64,000 nt of DNA from Tubiluchus corallicola. Taxonomy: Eukaryota > Animalia > Priapulida. This document shows positions 53,401 through 64,000 of this stretch, piece by piece; the first letter of the stretch is position 1; the number at the start of each line of letters is the position of its first letter. The notes under the pieces are model-generated. The model was not told the origin of the DNA. It ran no database searches and was given only the letters and a program-made list of their open reading frames with translations. The DNA is taken from the NCBI GenBank assembly GCA_030141605.1, contig JAQGDQ010000129.1, forward strand, positions 8,781 to 72,780. The letters are read 5' to 3'. A program made the position numbers and the translations under genes.

Positions 53401-56400
53401 GAATTTCATTCTTAGATAAATAAACAAATGTTACACTTATAAGGCAGTTATACACTACCGTGTCAGATTTGTTTGCAAAGTTCGAATAAAACACAATTTA
53501 AAAAATATCTGATCTACAGATGAGCTAACGTTTCTCGTTTAACATTTTTTAATTCCATAATTAAAGTAATCAAATCTGTGTGTACGGCACACGACCATAC
53601 GTCTAAAATCACAGTGATCAGTGATCATGTACAATCACATATACGCATGTTACTTAGTGGTCATAGTTGTGCCAGTGTGAGTAACCACGCCATTCATTAC
53701 GCCCTTCACATGCCACTAATATTCCCTAGCCCTACTGTCAAAACATTCTCCAGACTCATACCATGTTTGCTAGCTCAGCTAGGACTGGTACTCTAGACTT
53801 ATATCAACATTCTGCGACCGGGGATTTGAAAATTTGGCTTATATCGAAAATCAACCAGACTTAGCATGAAGGTCGGGGAAGGAACACTCATCAACTGCAC
53901 AAGTGCTTAGTCAAGAATAAAATTTGTTAATTATTGAACAAGATTAGTTCAACAGTTCTCTGACAGTGGGGAGACCTAACAATACAGTTTTAGTGGGGGG
54001 GAAAGGAGAATGTGGTATTTTCAGTAAACTCTTCACAAATTTTGTCATTTGTTTTTAGATCCAATGATAAGAAGATACTTCACTCTCTTGCCCGGAGTGT
54101 TGATGCAGAACAGTTGTGTTATCAGTTCAATTGCTGTTCTGGGAGTCTGATTGTCATTGTGAGCCTTCTCAGTATGCCAGTTGTATTTATAAAAAAGTAG
54201 ACATCTGAAACTTGGTACAAGGAAAAGTGCCACCTAAAGTGTTGGGCAAACAAAAACCTATATGTTCACGACTAGAAAACAAACGGAGCTGTTGATATAA
54301 TCTTAGTAATTATTTTTAGTGCAAATTAGTTTTTATTGCAATTATTTTCGCCAGTGTTTTGCTTAGGAAGACTAATTAAATTTACTTATATTCACAATGA
54401 TCCGCTGTTCGTTATGGTAGGTCCTTAAGTGAGTGAAATGCGTAAAGAGCAAGCCAAAATCCATAATCCGTAAGCCTCAAAGTGTCTTCAATCTTACCTA
54501 AAAGACACATGTCATAGTGATGAAGTACAATGAAATTTATCGCAGTGCAGTCCTAAGATTATAACGTATTAAAAATGTCCAGCCGTAAGACAAAATATTT
54601 GTGGGAAAAATTGTTTTTCACGATGTTCACGTAGAGAATTCTAAAGCGATCTAACACTACAGAACAGCTCGTTGTCAAAAAGGGTATATTAACTGCAAAT
54701 CATATTAAAAACATTTGTGTAGTCTTTCTCATTGCAGATGAGAATAGCAGATTTTTTTTAGTTTTTAAAAATGTTATTTTGTTTACTAGGCTTAATAAGC
54801 TAATATAAATTACATTAGTCTGCACGCATGATTGCATGTGTACTGTTTAACTGCAGTATTGGTGATGACGTGTTCAAAAATGCTTTTTAATGTTATTAAT
54901 TCGTGCGATATAAATAAATTGTGTACCCTAAAAAGCACTAATTACCACTAATTATCGTTTTAGCGACAAGCAAAAACGCCTATGGCGTATGAAATTTATG
55001 GCCAAATTTATTTCGAATTAGTCGCCTTATGAACGGCTGAGAACAGCTGAGAGAGGAGTTTAGCACAGATTTTGGCCAACGAAAAAGAGAAATAGTATCA
55101 GACGGCAATTTAATTATTTGTATGTTACAATGACAATTGTGATTAGTCAGCATAAATTCATTTTTATAAGGCAGCTTTTTCTTTTAACGGCTTACATAAG
55201 AGCAAAATGTACTTTATGAACAATGCTATTTAATTCCCACCAACTATAGCAGGCGCCATCCCTACCTTGTAACATTATTTTGTGATATTATTGGCGAAAA
55301 CGTATATTTTTTGTGATGTCTACAATTCTAAAGGCTATTTTGTGGCTGACGCAAGAGGTGTTTTTACGTCTGTGCCGTATTACTTTAGGTGGTTAGGTTT
55401 TCGCCGTCGGTGCGTGCCATTGACTCTGAGGTTCTGAGCTATGAATTGAAGTGAATATAATTTAGCATCATAGTAACGTTTTGTTAGCTTTCAATATAAA
55501 AATATCGCGTGTTTGTTGTACGCAAAGCTGCACACACAAGAGAATAAATCAACTGCTAATAAGGCGGTCGTAATTCGGGGCAGTTCAAAGCCAGCAATTC
55601 CATTAAACACTAACCATGCAGTTGAATTATAGGTGAAAATGAGCTTTGAGATCGATTATACTGGCTGACTTAATTAAATACATACACGAAAAATTACTAA
55701 ACTTCAAAGGGCTTTTTCTCAATTTCGTTTATAAAAGTAAAACATTCACAAACCCTTTAGCATGTCCAATAAACAATGTATCAAAACGGTATTTCTGCGT
55801 CTCGTATAACCTAACTAGGGCTATCATACCTGTTTCGGCAGGTACATAAGTTGATTTGTGAAAACTAGAGTATTACATTGCACTTACATTTGCCATTACA
55901 GTCTAACATATTAAAGCCTTGCGTGAATATGCTAGCAACGGGAAACGTTAAGCAATATAAATGCAAATATTCTGTCACCTCCACCAACTGTGAATGCATT
56001 AACTGATTCATTAAAGGCAGATCAAACAGTTGGAGTTCTTACCTTATTTCTCCCGGGTATCATTACTACACAATTTGCTAAATAATTGATGAACAGGTAC
56101 CAAGGCAGGTGTTTTTCGTTACAAATGAAAGTTGTCAGCTACCAAAGCAATATGCGAGACAGGTGTCTTCAGAATTTGATGCTACAGTGCCAACAATTGT
56201 CAAGTTGTTACTTATACACGTAAATATATTAAAAAATGAAAAAATGAACGGAAAATAATACGCCAAAAGCCTCAAAACTTCTTATTGTAAGTATATCCAC
56301 GTTAAATATTCATCGAGTTTAAGTCTAATTGATACTTGTATAAAATGAATCCAGCTTGGCAATAAATGAAGCCACCGTAATTCTACCAAGCCTTTATTAC

Positions 56401-58242
56401 TCTTCGCAATTGGTGAGTAAGCCTGAAGCCCTGAATGCAAATCATTTAATATCATAAAGCCGAAGAACTAGACGGGAAGATTTTCAAGCCGAAACTCGAA
56501 AAACAAAGTGTTTTCTTCTTTTCGGAATTCAGATAACTTGTAAGAAACTATATGGTAATATTGATCCTTCAGTCAACTTCTGTCAGTTGGTCTTAGCTGT
56601 TACTTCAATGAGATCTTGACGTCCACAATAAGCACTTTAAATCCTGAAACGCAACTTCAAAGGTAAGCGCAGTGAAACCATAGACTGAGAAGGCTTAATT
56701 TTACTTTTTTCGCAAGATACAGTTTATTTCCAATCTAAAAGTAACATTTAAAGGACAAGAAACGGGGTACCTAAAGTAGGTTTCAGAAAAATCGCCTTAA
56801 AAAATTATATTACTTTATACTATATTATAGCAATTTTATGTGTCCCGTAATGCTGTTCCTGACCGCGCCATACAGGACTTAATATACGAGCAACGTAAAT
56901 CAGACAGAAAAGGAAGAAAAGGAAATGTTAAACTCTGTCCCAAAAAACTTTTCATGCAAACTTATGTTACTGAGCATTTCGCTTACCTCGTTGAAAGACT
57001 TGAAAAGAAAATTATTAATTATTCAAATGCTTTCACAATTGATAAAATGTCACTGACTCACCCTCCAGCGTGAACCACGCACTAACCATGGACCAAACTT
57101 GGACAAGTTTAATGATGGTGCAAGTACATAATTAATTTTTGAAATAAAACTTGAAAGGCAGATAATGTGAAAGTTACGGCCTGTATTTGAACCAGGAAAC
57201 TATCTGCTTATGAGGTATACGCCTTAGACTACTTGGCCATTAAGTGGCAGTCTCGACACTGAGGTTATAATAATTAATAAATGAATGAGCTTACATAAAA
57301 AATGGCTTTGAAAATTTGTGCAACCACGTGTTTCGCGTATATTATATAAATATAGTACATAAAAACTGCTGACATGACAACTCTTTGCCGTATTTAGCCA
57401 ATGGTTAATACAGAGTCTCAATTTTTAATAACAATCGCAAGAATGTGCCCTGATCTTTTAAAATGCGCTTATAAATGAGACCAAAGGAGAAAAGACGACG
57501 TAATGCAACAAAGCAGGAGGCGAAATAAAATAAGAAAATTTATTTGACGTTGATTGCTATCAAATTAAAAAAAATCAGGAGATAGCAAACAGACAGAAAA
57601 TGCTAGTAATGTAACGCTATATTTTGACACAAAATGCTTTGATTAGAAAGTTTAAATGGATTTATTTGATCCTAAGTCCTCTAACTTACACGAATCTACT
57701 TGTCCGGGTTGTCTTTCATGAAATTCCCCAGACGCCAGGCGGGAAAAGCATCGAATCGTTTTGCAACACAGCTGACTGTCAGCACATTGTCATTAACATA
57801 GCTAGCAAACTGTGAAATTTTGTATTTTATTGTTGTGCTTTTAATAAAATAAAAATGCTCTTCGAGAACAAGACAGAAAGTAATGACCCATGATTTATCT
57901 CCAATTACATATAAGATTAAAATATTGTCTAAAATAATACTGACTTTACCTTTTAGCAACTAAAAGTAACACTTTACAAAATGTTAACAGGGTTTTTTAT
58001 TGTTTCCACACGTAAATTTAATCACCACATTAAAGCCAACTTTTCTCAGAGTCGACCAACGGCTTCTGCCATCAATTAACTATTCATGCAAGCACAGAAA
58101 GCAGGAGAGATTTCATGATGCATCTAATTAACGTCATTTCTCTATCGATAATCGGTCCAACGTTCCACAAGCTGACGGTTAATGAACACTTGCTCAGCTG
58201 CTCAAATGCTGGTGTTAATTTATCAGATTTATTCGTGAAAAA

Positions 58243-58376
58243 TGCAGTGTTCCAAAAGAAGCAGCGTAGAAACACAAGAAATAAATAGACCATCATGACA
58301 ACTCTTTTATTGAATTTTTTTTTCTTTAATGAAAGATTTATCATCATGTTTCTACATAGTTTTTTGGAACACCCTG
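58243..58376. mobile_element. Shorter member of the same Tc1/mariner-type MITE family
   Basis: GTGTTCCAAAAGAAGCAG at the left and TTTTTGGAACACCCTG-TA at the right. It shares an internal GAAAGAT..TCATCAT segment with 50206-50482. Confidence 0.65.
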
Positions 58377-58805
58377 TATTTTTCATGGTGCTAATTAAAG
58401 AAGTAGAAATGTGACAAATTCAATATGGTCTTGGGACACACTGTACTGCCGTGTATATTATGCAGAATTTATATGACAGCTGTATAGGAATTACTAGCAC
58501 CCACTATTTGTGTTATAAAATAAAACGAGCAGTCTTGCTCTCACTGTACATTAATAGAATAACAGACAAGTGTATGTCTGTCAGAAGAGCCAATTAAAAG
58601 ACACTGCAGGTAAAACATTCGTATTCAACAGGAAAATAGAGTTTGAAATGTTACGTATATTAAGAGTGCCTATTACGATTGTTGATACACCAGTGATTTA
58701 CTGCTTCTGATTTTCGCTCATATACATTATGTTTGATATCGGTTTACGAGCTTTAAGCTCATGTTTTACAAATATGTACTGTTTATATCATACCGATGAA
58801 AATAA

Positions 58806-59097
58806 ATCTTATCTTATCTTATCTTATCTTATCTTATCTTATCTTATCTTATCTTATCTTATCTTATCTTATCTTATCTTATCTTATCTTATCTTATCTT
58901 ATCTTATCTTATCTTATCTTATCTTATCTTATCGTACCGTACCGTACCGTACCGTACCGTACCGTACCGTACCGTACCTTACCTTACCTTACCTTACCTT
59001 ACCTTACCTTACCTTACCTTACCTTACCTTACCTTACCTTACCTTACCTTACCTTACCTTACCTTATCTTATCTTATCTTATCTTATCTTATTATCT
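58806..59097. repeat. Compound pentamer microsatellite (CTTAT)n-(CGTAC)n-(CTTAC)n-(CTTAT)n
   Basis: Read directly; immediately preceded by AATAAA. Confidence 0.97.
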
Positions 59098-60859
59098 TGA
59101 CCGCATTGACATGATAGATGAAACAAAGTTATTGATAGCCGTCTTGGGTTGCCAAGGTCGTAGTATGTTTTACTAATTTCTCTACATTGTGAATCATTTT
59201 ACACTATGATGTCGGTGTTGCAGATGTCTCAAGGCTATCACCTGCGGATTCTCTAAAGAAAAACTTTTATGTTAGCTTATGAATGGAAAGTATCTTTCAA
59301 GATGAGATCTGATGTAATATTAATAATGTCCACCTTACTTTTCACAAACTAAACTTTGGAAGTTTTTCTTCATGTATACAGAGAACTTAGAGGGATTTAT
59401 TTTCATTTCCAAAAAATCTTCTGTATTCTCTTATCTGTGAAACTTTTTCCATGGAACTCAACAAGGAGACGGATTCCATAATATAAATTACAGCACCTGA
59501 AAGTTTTTTTGGGCGTCCACTTTGATGTAAAATGCAGATCCTGCAGAGCATTTTTCAAGATGACTGTCATGTAAATCGAATTTGCTATTTAAAAATGTTA
59601 ATATATATAGTTTCTTATTTTTTACTTTCTGAAGAGATTATTTGGTAGTCTTTATGTCCTCTTATGTCAACAAAGTTTTGTCTACTTTTTGAAACTTAAA
59701 AATGTGGGCACAACAAGGACGCTTTGGACTGGCTTTGTAATAAAAAACGATAAGACAAAATTGCGTTAGTTTAAAAAATAGAATTTCTGCTCTGAAATAA
59801 TTTTTGATTTTGAAATGATTATTGATTTTTGATATACATAATGCTATAGTTACAGCTATAGCATCCTTGGCATTCATCTGCTACCATACTTTGACGTTCA
59901 TTAATACTTTTCATAACTGCAGAAGAATATGCACAATGTAATCACTACTATATAAGAGCAAATCATTATACAAACATCTTGAGATGAAGTATTATGAAGG
60001 ACAAGCTTATCAGGAGACCAGCAGCAATCGTGCGTAACGTCAGCAACGCAATGCATCCAAACTCACGTAATTAGTAATCGAAATGTTTGAGGCTAAATTG
60101 ACGGTTACACAGCTAGAGGATAGAGTCGAGTTCTGGAAATTGAGAAATATAGTTATTATGAACCTATTTATGATTATAGTCCCAAAAGAACCATTGTCAA
60201 GTTGCACGTACCGACTCGCAGTAAAATTACTAATGTTGCAAGTAAAAAAGGTCAAGTTCTTGATAAGGAGAAAAGGCTAATCTTGACAAGACGAATAAAA
60301 CCTAGCGTGTGAATCCCAAATCGTCTTTTGAATATCCGGTAGCTTGTAAAACCTTAATCTGTTTTTACAAAATGCTTTTATTGTTTTTTGATAAAAATGG
60401 AATGAAGACGACTTTACACTTTGCCAAAGTAGGGCTTAGAATAAAATATTTATTAGATATTAATCGTACTGTACCACTGCAAAATGATAAAACGGCATTT
60501 GTTCATTAATAGGTCAACGGGAGGTTAGTTTATACTTACAAAACCGAAGAAACTCACAGATCATGCAGATCATGTGATCCACCAGATATCTTAAAACCCT
60601 CTATTATGCACATGACTCCAATGCTTTACTGTCATCTGGATAAGCCCAAGACTGCATGAGAAGAATATGAAATCGACTGACACACTGCTTAGTGAATGGT
60701 GAGTTTTATGTCCACGTATACATTTGGCTGTGATGCTGATGACATTTGCACTGATCCTGTGGCAACCGATGCCACGTAGGCGAAACAAAAACGATCACGG
60801 TCGTAAAAGAAATCTATTCTCTAAAGTCTACTCTATAACTATAACTACTATAACTATTA

Positions 60860-60987
60860 GGGTACGTTCAGACTAAAGGGTTTTCTTTCGCAAGTTCTCT
60901 ATGAGAGTTCTCGCAATGAATAATGCTTGTCTGTAATAACTTGCGAAACAAACTTGCGAGAGAAAACTACCTAGTCTGAACGCGCCG
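60860..60987. mobile_element. PIF/Harbinger-type MITE (128 bp) with TTA target-site duplication
   Basis: Left GGGTACGTTCAGACTAAAGGGTTTTCTTTCGCAAGTT; the right end reverse-complements to CGGCGCGTTCAGACTAGGTAGTTTTCTCTCGCAAGTT. TTA at 60857-60859 and 60988-60990. Confidence 0.8.
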
Positions 60988-61967
60988 TTAGAAAGTCTAC
61001 GCATAAACAACTACTATTCTGCGCTTAACCTGAAGCCAAAGATTCTAAAAGATTTCACACTCACTAATAACACATAAGTAACGTAAGTGTATGCAAACAA
61101 AATGCATCACATTGTTGCAATAAGCATAGATAGTTACTTTATTTTTGCGTTAGTGTCTGCCAGAGATTGTCTTCTTTTTAATTTATGAAATTACGTGATT
61201 ACAGTTGTAAACAAGCTTCCAAAACTAATAACATACCTAATCTAATTTCTCCTTTTCCTACCTGTATAAAATTTACACATTTACACGTTTTTCGCATTTG
61301 CTAGTGATTAGATAAAATTAACATTATTGAATTCAATTTTAAAAGGGCCCATGGTATATGAAGTACAGGAATCACAAACTTTCTTTGCAGCCTGTAACTG
61401 TATATGTACCCCATATTTTATTCTTTATTCTGGTATAACTTCGTCAGGAACAGGCTCGTTACACTCATAGTAGAAATTAGAAATGGTATACAAGCAAATT
61501 TTCTAAGTGAGGTAGTACAGATTACATCAAGAAAGAAATGGTGAAAGCGAAAAGTACTAAACTGAAATACATTAACTTCTGATCTGTTATTTAGGACGTG
61601 TAGAAAACGATGCAGTAGCCACAAAGATCACATAAAATTTGTTTGCGATTCAGTTTTGTCACTGAAAGTCCAAAATATCTATCGGCTTGAAAGTAGAAAT
61701 TTTCAACACCAGTAACTATGATGCTATCGAAACTATGACTTTCATTAAACGGATGTTGAAATACTTTTGCAAAAGTTGTTTTTGTTGGCCAAGTTTGTTC
61801 TGGAATTTTTTTGTTGTTTTTTATCAGCATTAGGTAAAACAGTCGCGCATACCCAGAAAACCTCGAGCTAACAAGAAAACAAATGATAACAATAAAAAAT
61901 GCACAGCAATCCACAATCGTTTAGCACCATTCCAGCATCGAGATAGCAGCCAAGGTAGTTCTTGAAC

Positions 61968-62475
61968 CAGGACCGGATTAAGACCTCAAGAGGCTCTCAG
62001 CAATGAAAAGATTATGGTACCCCATATACGTGTAATTTAGATTAAAAACAATACTAAACTGCAAAATGAAATTTTTTCTGTCGAAATAGAAAAAAAACTT
62101 GCAGCAAGATTTAGTTACAGTAAATATATGGCATCAGTATTACAGTGCATAAAAAGTGATGTTAGATTAAAAATTCAGAGACGACTCTAGCCTGTTTTCC
62201 CTATCGTTACGTTTTTGTAAGCATTACCACACTTCAAATATATTATGGTACATTTTGTAATCAACCAAAGTCATCATATGGGCAGCGAACAGTTCAGGTT
62301 GCTCAGTAGCTGGAATCTCGATGCCCATCAGCACCGTCATATTGTAAACAAACACAGAAACCGCCACACATATTCGGGTATATCTTACTTTTGAGTAATT
62401 ATTTGATTTGAAAAAAAGTTGTGTGGGGCCCTAAGCACGTACTTATTTTGCTTAATGGTTAATCCGTAATGGCTG
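61968..62475. mobile_element. hAT-type MITE
   Basis: CAGGACCGGATTAA...TTAATCCG..CTG termini, internal GAGGCTCTCAGC / GGGCCCTAAGC motifs, and imperfect 8-bp flanks TCTTGAAC / CTTTGAAC. Confidence 0.7.
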
Positions 62476-63040
62476 CTTTGAACTACTTATCTGTCACGTT
62501 TCACTTGATGATAAGTGAACTTTTAAACGCATTACCAGAGAATATGGTCCCCTGTATTTTTAGATACTATGCGACCTGGCATACACAGTTTAAGACCAAT
62601 TACTTTTTTAAGCATGACCCTGTAATGATGCTAAGCAAGTAAAACATGCTGATATCTCGTGGTACCAGAAACTGTTAAAGTATTAAAGTAAATATTAAGA
62701 CCACCTATTAAAGTAACACAATGATACTAGCCACAGCTCCTCAAAACCAGGGACACTATATTCTAAGAATGGGTGGGGGTGTCAAAGGCCACGATCGAAA
62801 TCTACAAAAGTACAAAATCTCTGCACAGAGACGAATTTTCTATTGTACCTCACTAAATGTTTTTTCACATTTATTTAACAGAATGAAACAAAAGACATGC
62901 CACTATTTAGAATGGATATGTAATTACAATGAGCCTATCACGACCAGTTATTTGTTTACGAGGTGGAAAAAAACTTGAAAATTAAAACACCCTTTGCTGT
63001 GGGCTCAACTGATTGATAAAACCGCAGTTGCGTGCAATTG

Positions 63041-63054
63041 GTTGTCATGGCAAC
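63041..63054. promoter_or_regulatory. RFX X-box-like site GTTGTCATGGCAAC
   Basis: One mismatch from the palindrome GTTGCCATGGCAAC. Confidence 0.4.
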
Positions 63055-63757
63055 AACCTAATGATGCTCAATTCATTTTGCAGTAAAGCTCGGGGTGTAG
63101 GTATTGAATTATGATACATATCAGGTCAAAAACACAATACAAATACTGCCCATAATAAAGTACTTTTATATTTAATGAAGGTGGGATCATGTTTTGCATA
63201 TATTTTAGCATCTTGGTTTGCCTGTTAAAAGCGCGATGCGAGTATTAAGCCTAATGGGTAAATCAATGTGTGCACACGGTAACACGATATTGAATCAGGA
63301 TTCATGCACGACAGGTATCAACACCTGCAATTTTACTATATATGTGCGCGGTTTCTTTCAAGTACATAGATAACCACAAGAGTTTGGACGAAAAGAAAAA
63401 TTCGTCAAAAGCTAATCTGAAAAATCTGACGAAAGATAATCGGATATTTTAGCTTCACACCGTGTCACCGATTTCGTAATGTAGGTTTCCACAATGTCAT
63501 TCCAGGACTTTGGAGATAGGTCCACTCGAGTAGTTTTAGCCATGAAGCAAGTGCTTTAGACGACAAAGTCAATAAGCTCAAAAAAGCCATCACGAGTTCA
63601 AACGAAACCTTCACTAAGAAAATTAAGCAACATAAAATAATGAACTATTCAAGTACTAAATTAAGATGTATAAAATTTCTAACCAAGTCACAATTACATT
63701 ATAATTTTTGTATAAATGGTAGTTATTCATAAAGAATAGGTTAAAGTTTTGACTTAC

Positions 63758-63941
63758 CTGTTAAATTATAGGTGGCAGGCCTGTAGCTGAGATCGGCAGG
63801 ATCAACTGTTTGATCTTTGCGTGGATAAGAAGGGCCAGGACTGTTCAGATCGCTAGCACTAGAACAGGTCAAACGAAACGTGGGTCCAATTCGACCTCTT
63901 CGGTTTCTGTAGGTTTGCACTGATGATGCTCCAATATGCAT
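63758..63941 (-). CDS. Candidate first coding exon (61 codons + 1 nt), possibly a distal alternative first exon of the tetraspanin
   Basis: ATG-initiated non-repetitive ORF (MHIGASSVQTYRNRRGRIG...YNLT) ending at a consensus donor CAG|GTAAGT, phase 1. No family is recognised. Confidence 0.4.
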
Positions 63942-64000
63942 TGCACACTGGTTGTTTAAAAGTTTCCTTAGTTTTTCTCATTCTCACTGACACTTACATT

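Noticed and set aside
52035-60509. Scattered 60-100 aa ORFs (for example 52122-52331, 54012-54200, 60083-60280)
   Set aside because: No recognisable domains and no chain of phase-compatible exons.

Overview
AT-rich eukaryotic (animal) genomic DNA with spliceosomal introns, probably from an invertebrate; the species cannot be determined from the sequence. Three spliced genes can be rebuilt by hand. (1) The 5' part of an SLC10 sodium/bile-acid-cotransporter-family gene on the - strand, running off the left edge. (2) An 18-exon + strand gene (7004-21884) encoding a ~972-aa secreted protein with a signal peptide, a Tyr-rich (G/D)YYAP repeat block and 17 EGF-like domains, many with a His-rich HxHxH loop; it has no transmembrane segment. 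Its centre is a young ~628-633 bp tandem array of symmetric 132-nt exons interleaved with dead EGF pseudo-exons. (3) A complete 273-aa tetraspanin on the - strand (27943-33054), possibly with distant alternative first exons at ~40 kb and ~63.8 kb, which would explain the ORF-poor 33-63 kb stretch. The remainder is intronic or intergenic DNA with LINE fragments (two with target-site duplications), several MITEs, decayed Penelope-type hammerhead-ribozyme-like motifs and compound microsatellites. Most ORF-track entries are microsatellite or antisense artefacts. The most novel-looking candidate is the His/Tyr-rich poly-EGF protein, which resembles a metal- or tyrosine-crosslinked structural/adhesive protein in architecture; that function is inference only.
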